From: Microgenomates group bacterium | GTDB taxonomy: Bacteria > Patescibacteriota > Microgenomatia > PFEM01 > JBNASD01 | Length of the DNA stretch: 31,537 nucleotides | Assembly: GCA_049700235.1 (NCBI GenBank) | Contig: JBNAVS010000001.1 | Coordinates: 1 to 31,537, forward strand | Direction: 5' to 3' | Part shown: piece by piece, positions 7,522 to 14,546 of the stretch | How the letters are laid out: each line of letters starts with the position of its first letter | How positions within the stretch are numbered: position 1 is the first letter of the stretch | Notes under the pieces: model-generated | Database searches by the model: none | The model's input: only the letters and a program-made list of their open reading frames with translations | What the model was told of the DNA's origin: nothing | Made by a program: the position numbers and the translations under genes

Positions 7522-8081
7522 TAAACTCCTTCCTTTATCTCCTCAAAAACATCCTTCAAATCCAGTTTATCTATCCAAAAATTAAGGTAGTTCTTGTCGA
7601 GTTTTTTTTGCTGGATTTCCCAAACTCCTTTGCAATCAGAAAAATGTCTTTCACTTGGGAGTCTTTGACACCACAAAAGTTTTGTTAAAATTAGGTCCTC
7701 GGCAGAAATAAGAAAAACTTTTTGTTTCTCTATAAAAATTTCTTTCCTCCTTCGAAGTTTGCTGATTTCAAAATCACTTCGGCTACTAACCCAAAAGTCA
7801 ATCTTAACCCCACTTTCTGGGTGGTAAATATTGAACTGGGAAGAATTTTCAATCGCTTCTTTGATTTGATTTTTATCAAAAATATATTTTTTGCCAAGTT
7901 TTTTAACCACTCCTAAAATTTTTTCCAGATCTTTTGTTTCCACCTCTATTACAAAATCAATATCATGAGTCCCTCGAGGATAACCATAATAAGCAACCGC
8001 CAAACTTCCCGTAAGAAGATAGGGAATCTTTGCTTGATTAAGAAGATGGGCAATCTTCAAAAGGATGTCTTTTTGTCCCAT
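7521..8081 (-). CDS. Nucleotidyltransferase-fold protein, MenT1/AbiEii-like putative toxin
   Basis: LLTGSLAVAYYGYPRGTHDIDFVI (GS...DxD NTase motif), KIDF, and EDLILTKL...HFSD, the same layout as MenT1-type toxins. Confidence 0.75.
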   Translation of the reverse strand: MGQKDILLKIAHLLNQAKIPYLLTGSLAVAYYGYPRGTHDIDFVIEVETKDLEKILGVVKKLGKKYIFDKNQIKEAIENSSQFNIYHPESGVKIDFWVSSRSDFEISKLRRRKEIFIEKQKVFLISAEDLILTKLLWCQRLPSERHFSDCKGVWEIQQKKLDKNYLNFWIDKLDLKDVFEEIKEGV

Positions 8082-8092
8082 TTTAATAATTA

Positions 8093-8275
8093 TTAATAAT
8101 TAATTGATGGCAGTCTTTTTTGTAATTCTTTTTGAATAAGTCTTGGGGTAGCTTTTTTTCTTAAATTTTCTTTGATATTCTCAATTGCCAACTCACGAAG
8201 AAAGTCGGAAATCCAACAAGCCTGGCTAAGCTTTTTACCTCCTTTTATCTTTTTAAAAATCTGTTGGTCATCCAT
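8093..8275 (-). CDS. Small helical protein, putative MenA1-like antitoxin
   Basis: 60-aa helical ORF immediately upstream of the NTase gene on the same strand, with an extended -10 7 nt before its ATG. Confidence 0.6.
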   Translation of the reverse strand: MDDQQIFKKIKGGKKLSQACWISDFLRELAIENIKENLRKKATPRLIQKELQKRLPSINY

Positions 8276-8282
8276 TTAAGTA

Positions 8283-8292
8283 ATGATATCAT
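8283..8292. promoter_or_regulatory. Palindromic bidirectional extended -10 element
   Basis: ATGATATCAT reads TG-A-TATCAT on both strands, each exactly 7 nt from a divergent ATG (8275 and 8300). Confidence 0.7.
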
Positions 8293-8299
8293 AAAATCG

Positions 8300-8608
8300 A
8301 TGATTTTTAGAAAAATCCGTAATTTGGTTGCCAAAATTCCTAAAGGAAAAGTAACAACTTACGGAGAAATTGCCAAGGCCTTAGGGATTAAAGATGCTAG
8401 AGTTGTTGGCTGGGCAATTTATGGCAACACTGACCCAAAAATTCCCTGCCATCGGGTAGTAATGAGAGATGGCTTTTTAGCAAAAAATTATTCGTTGGGG
8501 GGAGCAAAAATCCAAAAAGAAAAATTAAAAAAAGAGGGGGTGAAATTTATTGGCAAGTTTCAGGTAGATTTAAAATCTCACTTTTGGAAACCAAAGATGT
8601 TAAAATAG
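8300..8608 (+). CDS. O6-alkylguanine-DNA alkyltransferase (single-domain MGMT family)
   Basis: IPKGKVTTYGEIAKALG...ARVVGWA...IPCHRVV with the catalytic Cys retained; ATG at 8300 preferred over 8264. Confidence 0.9.
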   Translation: MIFRKIRNLVAKIPKGKVTTYGEIAKALGIKDARVVGWAIYGNTDPKIPCHRVVMRDGFLAKNYSLGGAKIQKEKLKKEGVKFIGKFQVDLKSHFWKPKMLK

Positions 8609-8612
8609 ACTC

Positions 8613-8711
8613 ATGCAAGAAGATATCCTCCCTTCAGTTGGGAAATTCTTAAAAACGGCAAGACTGGTAAAGATCAACTATCGGCAAATTGATGATTTTT
8701 GCCGCTTTTTG
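8613..8711 (+). pseudogene. Possible 5' gene remnant (queuosine-salvage-like N-terminus, tentative)
   Basis: MQEDILPSVGKFLKTARLVKINYRQIDDFC looks protein-like, then runs antisense into the Nudix gene. Family resemblance is from memory only. Confidence 0.25.
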
Positions 8712-9197
8712 CTAAATTATCCCCAGCTGCTTAAACAACTCATACCAAACTGGTTCAATCCCAGGAGATTTTTGCCAATCTTCCTCGGAGATCTTACCGT
8801 CAAGATATCTCTTGGTCCGCTCGGCTAAATTTTTAATCTCTTCTTTTAAATACCAACCAGTTTGCTTTGTCTCCTCCAAACTTCTTTTTACTTCGCCTTC
8901 AGCCTCTACTTGATAGATTTTCCAATAATGCCAGGTTCCGCCGGGCCGGCGGCAAGGATTTTCTCTTCTCCCTTCAAACACCAATTTCAGGCGGGTTGGT
9001 TTTAATCCAACTTCCTCTTCTAATTCCCTTTTTGCGGCTGACTCATAATCATCACCGTCACAATGCCCGGCTGGGGGAGCGAAACCAAAAGGAAACTTTT
9101 TTCTTTCAATTAAAAGAAGCCTATCCCCTTGCCAAACCAACATCCCTACCGAGGTATGATTGCATCCTTTTGGAGAAAGGATTCTAGCTTTCTTCAC
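8712..9197 (-). CDS. Nudix hydrolase
   Basis: Nudix box GHCDGDDYESAAKRELEEEVGL; GTG start. Confidence 0.9.
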   Translation of the reverse strand: MKKARILSPKGCNHTSVGMLVWQGDRLLLIERKKFPFGFAPPAGHCDGDDYESAAKRELEEEVGLKPTRLKLVFEGRRENPCRRPGGTWHYWKIYQVEAEGEVKRSLEETKQTGWYLKEEIKNLAERTKRYLDGKISEEDWQKSPGIEPVWYELFKQLGII

Positions 9198-9330
9198 TTT
9201 AGTTTTTTAATCAAATCTTTCGGGGTTTTAACAATCTCGTCAAATAAAACATTTCGGCAGGGTCCGCCGCGGCAAATTCTCGAATTTCTTTTTTAAACCG
9301 GCGGGAGCCGCAAATAACAACGGTTTTCAT
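9194..9330 (-). pseudogene. Internally deleted gene (N- and C-termini joined out of frame)
   Basis: ATG at 9330 gives MKTVVICGSRRFKKEIREFA. Another frame gives PCRNVLFDEIVKTPKDLIKKLK*, whose TGA overlaps the Nudix GTG (GTGA), as expected for an operon gene that lost its middle. Confidence 0.6.
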
Positions 9331-9335
9331 CTTTT

Positions 9336-9683
9336 TTAAATCTCCTTTGCCCCTTTGAGAAAAAACCGATACCAATTTTGATAATCAGAAGGGCTGGCGA
9401 AATGAATTTCAAAAGGGGAAGCAAAACCAATTTTTTCCCAGATTTTGGCTAAAGTTTTTCCTCGGGGAAAGCCCTTTTTGATCTTTGGAGAAACAATCAA
9501 AACATCAATATCCCGGGGGACCTCATCTTTCTTTAAAACCGAACCAAAAACAAAAACCCGACTTTTTCCGAGGAGTTTTTCCGCTTCTTTTTTTATCTTT
9601 CTGGCATATCTTAAATAGTTCTTAAAATATTTCTCTTTCTCCCAAGCCTCCTCAATTAAAATATCAATTAGGGTTTTACTCAT
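9336..9683 (-). CDS. Minimal nucleotidyltransferase (MNT), partner of the upstream HEPN gene
   Basis: VFVFGSVLK...RDIDVLIV motif; 4-nt overlap with the HEPN gene. Confidence 0.88.
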   Translation of the reverse strand: MSKTLIDILIEEAWEKEKYFKNYLRYARKIKKEAEKLLGKSRVFVFGSVLKKDEVPRDIDVLIVSPKIKKGFPRGKTLAKIWEKIGFASPFEIHFASPSDYQNWYRFFLKGAKEI

Positions 9684-10057
9684 AATTTATTTAAAAGTTC
9701 CTCTAATTTCTTAACAAATTCTTTTAGTTCCTCAACTTGCTTTCTACTAAATTCCGCCGGCAGATAACGCGAGCTAATATAAGCCTGCTCTAAGTCGGCA
9801 ATCAGATGAACATTTTTTTCTCCAAACTTTTCGATTTCCTTCTCCCTTCCCCAAGCCTTTCCAACTGCTCTCAAAAGTTCTTTTAGAGAATGGGTTGGAG
9901 GGAAATGTCTCAATTTTTTAAAAAGAGCATGTTTTAACATCAGTTGAGAAGCTTGCTCCAAATCAAAGGCAACTAAATGATATTTCTCGTTGGAGAAATG
10001 ATATTCCGCTGTTTCCAGAAATTCTTGGGCCCTTTTAAGTAAAAAGTCAATCTTCAT
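9680..10057 (-). CDS. HEPN domain protein
   Basis: YHLVAFDLEQASQLMLKHAL, PPTHSLKELL and YISSRY; promoter TTGATT-17-TATAAT lies 8 nt before the ATG. Confidence 0.88.
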   Translation of the reverse strand: MKIDFLLKRAQEFLETAEYHFSNEKYHLVAFDLEQASQLMLKHALFKKLRHFPPTHSLKELLRAVGKAWGREKEIEKFGEKNVHLIADLEQAYISSRYLPAEFSRKQVEELKEFVKKLEELLNKL

Positions 10058-10084
10058 TAGTTAAAATTATATCTAACTTTCGCC

Positions 10085-10208
10085 GAAGAATCAAAGCGAA
10101 CTTCCCAATGGTAATTATTAGCCGGGGTTTAACTAAAGCAATTTCTCTTTTTTTGAAGGCGCTTGACTAATAACCATAATTTTCGCCTTGGAAGTTCCTC
10201 GATTGCCT
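10085..10208 (-). pseudogene. Uracil-DNA glycosylase-like remnant, internally deleted
   Basis: GNRGTSKAKIMVISQAPS (resembles the UDG motif-A region) is joined at an A7 run, in another frame, to REIALVKPRLIITIGKFAL (resembles the family-4 UDG segment IxLIxPxxIxTLGxFA). Confidence 0.5.
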
Positions 10209-10211
10209 CCT

Positions 10212-10313
10212 TTATCTTTTTCCTGCCCGATAAAGAAGAAAAATCGCTATCCCAAAAAGAATCCAGGGAAGCCAGAAATTATAAGTAATAAAATCCACAA
10301 TTTTTTCCGTCAT
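10212..10313 (-). CDS. 33-aa single-TM peptide
   Basis: MTEKIVDFITYNFWLPWILFGIAIFLLYRAGKR*; ATGA overlap with the upstream stop. Preferred over the 70-aa ORF-track call. Confidence 0.6.
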   Translation of the reverse strand: MTEKIVDFITYNFWLPWILFGIAIFLLYRAGKR

Positions 10314-10444
10314 CTTTTCCTTTCTTTTCTTCGCCATTTGGGAGTATTCAGATAGGCAATTATTACCACAAAAAGCAACAATACCCCTAAACCTAAATAC
10401 CATAAATTGATAACAAACAACCAACTTTTCTCGTCTAAAAACAT
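10310..10444 (-). CDS. 44-aa single-TM peptide with basic tail (not in the ORF track)
   Basis: MFLDEKSWLFVINLWYLGLGVLLLFVVIIAYLNTPKWRRKERKR*; AGGAGGT SD and TAATG overlap with the upstream stop. Confidence 0.7.
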   Translation of the reverse strand: MFLDEKSWLFVINLWYLGLGVLLLFVVIIAYLNTPKWRRKERKR

Positions 10445-10649
10445 TATTTAACCTCCTTTCCTAAGTATAAACCAGTATAAATAAAAATCAACGCAGTCAC
10501 CCACTAATAAAAAATCCTATCCTTGTCATAGGTTGAGTAGGAACAGCAAAAGTGAATCCCAAGCCTGCCAAAAAAGCTCCTTTAGCTACATCAAAACAGA
10601 AATCAACCAACTTTTCTATCTGAAATTTTGTTAAAGAAAATTTCTCCAT
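10444..10649 (-). pseudogene. Frameshifted two-TM small membrane gene (DUF6722-like, tentative)
   Basis: MEKFSLTKFQIEKLVDFCFDVAKGAFLAGLGFTFAVPTQPMTRIGFFISG*. One extra G in the GGG run would continue as VTALIFIYTGLYLGKEVK*, ending exactly at the TAATG junction. Confidence 0.6.
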
Positions 10650-10686
10650 TGAATTTGTTTTAAAAGACAAATAAACTTATGTCAAA

Positions 10687-11850
10687 ATGTTTAAATTTAA
10701 CCTTGTTTATCAAGACAAAAAAACGGCGGCCAGGGTGGGAAAAATTCAAACCAATCATGGGGTGATTGAAACCCCGGCTTTTGTTGCTGTTGGCACAGCC
10801 GCCTCGGTTAAAAGCTTAACCCCGGAAGAAATCTCCCAAACCGGAACACAAACTTTTTTCGTTAACACTTTTCACCTCCATTTGCGACCTGGAGAAAAGA
10901 TTATTAAAAAATTAGGCGGTATCCACAAATTTATGAACTGGAAAGGACCAATAATGAGTGATTCTGGGGGATTTCAGGTTTTCAGCTTAAACAGAGAGGG
11001 GGAAAATCAGTTGGTAAAAATCAACAACAGTGGGGTTGAGTTTCGTTCTCCCTGGGACGGAAGCAAACATTTTTTCACCCCGGAAAAATCAATTGCTATT
11101 CAAAAAGATTTGGGGGCAGATATTATTTTTGTTTTAGATGACTGCACCCCTTATCCGGTAAGCCACGGGCAAGCAAAAATCTCTTTGGCCCGTACCCATC
11201 GTTGGGCTGAAGAATCGCTTAGAGCCTACAAAAAACTAAAAAGTTCTCAGGCTTTATATGGCATTGTCCAAGGTTCGGTTTTTGAGGATTTGCGAAAAAA
11301 ATCGGCGAAATTTATCTCCTCCTTTCCTTTTGCCGGAATTGCTATCGGTGGAGTCTCTGTTGGCGAAAGCAAAAAAGAAATGAGGAAAGTTTTGGATTGG
11401 GTGGTGCCATTGCTGCCAAAAGGAAAACCCCGCCATCTTTTAGGCGTTGGTGAGATTGACGATATTTTTACTTTGGTTAAAACCGGAGTGGATACTTTTG
11501 ATTGCGTCATGCCAACCCGTTTGGGGAGGATGGGGCACATTCTTACGAAAGTTAAAAGTCAAAAGTTAAAAGTTAAAAGTTTTACCTATGATATTACGAA
11601 AACGAAATTTGCGGCTGATAAAAAACCATTGGATCCCGATTGTCATTGTTATGTTTGTCAAAATTTTACTCGAGCCTATGTCAATCACCTTTTTCGTACT
11701 CGGGAGCTTTTAGCTTACCGGCTGGCGACTTTCCACAATCTTTGTTTTATCAACCAACTGATGAGAGAAATCAGAAAGGCAATTAAAGAAAATCGGCTGG
11801 TAAAGCTGGAAAAAGAATGGCTAAAAACTGGGAACAATGTTGTTCATTAG
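10687..11850 (+). CDS. tgt: Queuine tRNA-ribosyltransferase
   Basis: ETPAFVAVGT, MSDSGGFQVFSL, GIVQG, PRHLLGVG, DTFDCVMPTRLGR and the Zn site CHCYVC...HN. Promoter TTGAAT-17-TAAACT lies 9 nt before the ATG. Confidence 0.96.
   Translation: MFKFNLVYQDKKTAARVGKIQTNHGVIETPAFVAVGTAASVKSLTPEEISQTGTQTFFVNTFHLHLRPGEKIIKKLGGIHKFMNWKGPIMSDSGGFQVFSLNREGENQLVKINNSGVEFRSPWDGSKHFFTPEKSIAIQKDLGADIIFVLDDCTPYPVSHGQAKISLARTHRWAEESLRAYKKLKSSQALYGIVQGSVFEDLRKKSAKFISSFPFAGIAIGGVSVGESKKEMRKVLDWVVPLLPKGKPRHLLGVGEIDDIFTLVKTGVDTFDCVMPTRLGRMGHILTKVKSQKLKVKSFTYDITKTKFAADKKPLDPDCHCYVCQNFTRAYVNHLFRTRELLAYRLATFHNLCFINQLMREIRKAIKENRLVKLEKEWLKTGNNVVH
11547..11581 (+). repeat. Heptamer array (AAAAGTY)x5 inside tgt
   Basis: GAAAGTT AAAAGTC AAAAGTT AAAAGTT AAAAGTT; encodes KVKSQKLKVKS. 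Confidence 0.9.
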
Positions 11851-11991
11851 TTTCCAACAAAGCTCAAAAGTAAATTCAAATCTCTGGATAGTGGCATCCC
11901 GATTAATAATTGTTGGCGGAAGGGCAACCGCCTCTTTTAAGCGAAGATATGCTTTTTGTAAGTCCTGATATTGAGACTCAAGTTTGGTCAT
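11821..11991 (-). pseudogene. Truncated HI0074-family HEPN (nucleotidyltransferase substrate-binding) gene
   Basis: MTKLESQYQDLQKAYLRLKEA...RDATIQRFEFTFELCWKLM then stops after 56 aa inside the tgt 3' end; directly downstream of an MNT gene. Confidence 0.8.
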
Positions 11992-11992
11992 T

Positions 11993-12277
11993 TTAATTTA
12001 AGGGAATTATCTTTTGTTTCGCAACTTTTTTAAATTTTTCGGAAAGATGAGTAAAATTAACCACCTCAACTAAATACGGTAGGTCTGATTCTTCAAAAGC
12101 CTCTTCAAGCTCTAATAGAGGAAGTGGTTCTTCTCCCTCCACTCCAATATCTATATCACTAAACTTTCTTGCCTTTCCCTCAGCCCAGGAGCCGAAAATA
12201 AAAACTTTATGCTTCTGGGGATCAAGATAGCGAAAAACAATTTCCCTAATCTGCTTAATTGTCCTCGGATCAAGCAT
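11993..12277 (-). CDS. Minimal nucleotidyltransferase (MNT) antitoxin-type protein
   Basis: KVFIFGSWAEGKARKFSDIDIGV...LPYLVEVVNF; ATG at 12277 with TATAAT 6 nt upstream. Confidence 0.9.
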   Translation of the reverse strand: MLDPRTIKQIREIVFRYLDPQKHKVFIFGSWAEGKARKFSDIDIGVEGEEPLPLLELEEAFEESDLPYLVEVVNFTHLSEKFKKVAKQKIIPLN

Positions 12278-12293
12278 AGGATAATTATAACAT

Positions 12294-12317
12294 ATTTGTC
12301 CCAGATGTAACTTATAC
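12294..12317. repeat. Partial inverted copy (E3) of the E1/E2 element end
   Basis: ATTTGTCCCA-GAT-GTAACTTATAC compared with ATTTGTCCCA-AATGTAT-GTAACTTATAC in the E1/E2 reverse complement; 6 nt upstream of TTGACA at 12324. Confidence 0.7.
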
Positions 12318-12358
12318 AAGGGCTTGACAAAAAAAACTAAGATGATAAGATTAATTTG

Positions 12359-13102
12359 ATGACAAAACTTAATGATTTTTTAAAAATATTCTTAAGTCTG
12401 GGCTTAATTGTAATTATTTTTATTTTAGCCTTTTTCTTTTTTCCCTTCTCAAAAATCAATTGGGGGAAAATAGAATTTTTACCGGCAAAAACAATTACAG
12501 TTACCGGCGAAGCCCAAACTAAAGAAAAAAATCAAATTGCCACTTTTACCGCCGGGGTTTATGCTGTTAACGATAATAAAGACCAAGCAATTACTGAGGT
12601 CAATCAGAAAGTAAACAAAATAATTGAAGAGATTAAAAACTTTGGCATTAAGGCCGAAGATATCAAAACTTCAAACTTAAGTATTTACCAGCAGGAGGAA
12701 ACTTATTACGAAGAAGGCAGACAGAAAACCAGGCCGGGACAATGGCGAGTAAGCAATAATATTGATATTACTTTACGGAAGGTTGATCGCGCCTCAGATT
12801 TGGCTAATCTTTTGGGAAAAAGCGGAGCAAACAATGTCTATGGTCCAAATTTTTCCCTGGAAGATGTTAAAGAAACAGAAACAGCCCTTCTTAAAGAGGC
12901 AATAGAAAATGCCAGAAAAAAGGCAGAGGAAATCGCTAAAAACTCTGGAGTAAAAATAAAAAGAGTCATAAGCATCAGTGAAGGAAGCTCACAGACCTAT
13001 TATCCCCTAACGTTTGAGGCAAGAGGGGGTGGAGGCGCTCCGATTGAACCGGGGACTTCAACTGTTGGCAAAACAGTCGTGGTTGTTTTTGAAATTGAGT
13101 AA
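12359..13102 (+). CDS. SIMPL domain (DUF541) protein
   Basis: N-terminal TM, then TITVTGEAQ, DIKTSNLSIY, LGKSGANNVYGPNFSL and IEPGTSTVGKTVVVVFEI. Promoter TTGACA..TG-A-TAAGAT lies 7 nt before ATG 12359. Confidence 0.9.
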   Translation: MTKLNDFLKIFLSLGLIVIIFILAFFFFPFSKINWGKIEFLPAKTITVTGEAQTKEKNQIATFTAGVYAVNDNKDQAITEVNQKVNKIIEEIKNFGIKAEDIKTSNLSIYQQEETYYEEGRQKTRPGQWRVSNNIDITLRKVDRASDLANLLGKSGANNVYGPNFSLEDVKETETALLKEAIENARKKAEEIAKNSGVKIKRVISISEGSSQTYYPLTFEARGGGGAPIEPGTSTVGKTVVVVFEIE

Positions 13103-13324
13103 ATGCCAGAGATAGGAAAAATAATTATTACCTTAGGGGTTATTTTAATTTTTGTTGGGGTTGTAATTTTGCTTTTAGGCAAACTTCCTTTTGTGGGCAA
13201 ACTTCCGGGAGATATTTATCTTAAAGGCAAAAATTTTTCTTTCTACGCCCCCTTAGGAACAATGCTTTTACTAAGCCTCCTTCTTTCTTTGATTTTTACG
13301 ATTGTTTCCAATCTCCGCCGCTAA
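13103..13324 (+). CDS. DUF2905 family small membrane protein
   Basis: GKLPFVGKLPGDIYLKGKNFSFYAPLGTMLLLSLLLS. Confidence 0.88.
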   Translation: MPEIGKIIITLGVILIFVGVVILLLGKLPFVGKLPGDIYLKGKNFSFYAPLGTMLLLSLLLSLIFTIVSNLRR

Positions 13325-14191
13325 TTTTTCTTTCAAAAAATCCAAAAGTTCCTCCCTTATTTCTTTTTTCTCTAAAGCAAATTCGATATTGGTTTTCACC
13401 CAGGATAAGGGGTCACCAGTTGTTAGCCAAGTTCCTTTTATTGGTTGGGCAACAACCACCTCTTTTTTTGCTAATGTATTTAAGGCATCAGCTAACCAAA
13501 GCTCTCCTCCTTTCCCCAATTTTTGCTTTTTCAAAACTTCAATTACTTTCCAAGTCAAAACAAATCTTCCAAACTGAGCCATATTTGAAGGAGCTTTGTC
13601 TGCTGGTAGTTTTTCCAAAATCGCCGCCGCCTGCCAAGGAAGCTTACTTTTCTTTTTGTATTTAATGCTAGCGTATTTATGGATTTCTCCCCAAGGAACT
13701 TTCTGAACTCCTAATACTGCTGCCGGTTTGAATTTTTCCCAGATATCAATTAGTTGTTTTGTTGCCGGAATTTTGCTTTTAACCACATCGTCGCCAAAAA
13801 GATAGACAAAAGCTTCGTTTTTAGAAAGAAGAGGAGCGGCAACTAAAAGAGGAGTGCCATTGCCATAAGGATAATCTTTTGTTTGCCGCAAATAAACAAA
13901 ATTTGCCAACCGGGGAATTTGGCGAACCATTTTTAGATATTCTGTTTTGCCATTTATCTCCAGCATATTTTCCAAAGCGGGCGAGGAATCAAAATGGTCT
14001 TCCAAAATGTGCTGGCCGGCACGGGTGACAATAATAATTTCTTTAATTCCGGAGGCAACCAGCTCTTCAACCAAATACTGAATAATTGGTTTATCCAGCA
14101 AGGGAAGCATCTCTTTTGGCTGGACTTTTGTTGCCGGCAAAAATCTTGTCCCATAACCGGCAGCAGCAATAATTGCCTTGGTAATCTTCAT
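13271..14191 (-). CDS. galU: UTP--glucose-1-phosphate uridylyltransferase
   Basis: KAIIAAAGYGTRFLPATKVQPKEMLPLLDKPIIQY, FGDD, GGELWLADAL and TTGDP. Confidence 0.88.
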   Translation of the reverse strand: MKITKAIIAAAGYGTRFLPATKVQPKEMLPLLDKPIIQYLVEELVASGIKEIIIVTRAGQHILEDHFDSSPALENMLEINGKTEYLKMVRQIPRLANFVYLRQTKDYPYGNGTPLLVAAPLLSKNEAFVYLFGDDVVKSKIPATKQLIDIWEKFKPAAVLGVQKVPWGEIHKYASIKYKKKSKLPWQAAAILEKLPADKAPSNMAQFGRFVLTWKVIEVLKKQKLGKGGELWLADALNTLAKKEVVVAQPIKGTWLTTGDPLSWVKTNIEFALEKKEIREELLDFLKEKLAAEIGNNRKNQRKKEA

Positions 14192-14234
14192 TGGTTTAAT
14201 TATTTTACCAAAAACTTCACCTAAAAGCAGCCCC

Positions 14235-14279
14235 TTAAACTTTTTATACTTTTAAACTTCTTAAACTTTTTAAACTTTC
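14235..14279. repeat. Degenerate 9-mer array (TAAACTTYT-like), intergenic upstream of galU
   Basis: Read directly from the sequence; about 5 units. Confidence 0.75.
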
Positions 14280-14285
14280 TGTTTT

Positions 14286-14546
14286 CTATTCTAACTGAAT
14301 TATCTGGTATCCAAACTTTTTAACCACCTCTTTATTCCAAAATGGCAAGTTTTTGGTTTTCAAAACATAAGCAACCTTTTTCTTAATCTTCCTTCCGGTA
14401 TACTTTTGCGTTTTTGGATCCCACTCTTTCAGCAGCAACCAGTCTCCAGGTTTAATTTCGAAATCCGCCAACCGCAATTCAAATTTCTTCTTCCCGCTTA
14501 AAATTTCCTCAAAATATTTCGGCCAAACTTTCTTTTCCACTATCAT
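14286..14546 (-). CDS. ASCH/PUA-like DUF3850 family protein
   Basis: KKVWPKYFEEILSGKKKFELRLADFEIKPGDWLLLKEWDP...YTGR. Confidence 0.88.
   Translation of the reverse strand: MIVEKKVWPKYFEEILSGKKKFELRLADFEIKPGDWLLLKEWDPKTQKYTGRKIKKKVAYVLKTKNLPFWNKEVVKKFGYQIIQLE

Noticed and set aside
10496-10502. In-frame TGA suggesting genetic code 25 (TGA=Gly)
   Set aside because: TGA terminates rpoA, rplQ, rplM and other genes here, and the break is explained by a one-base frameshift.
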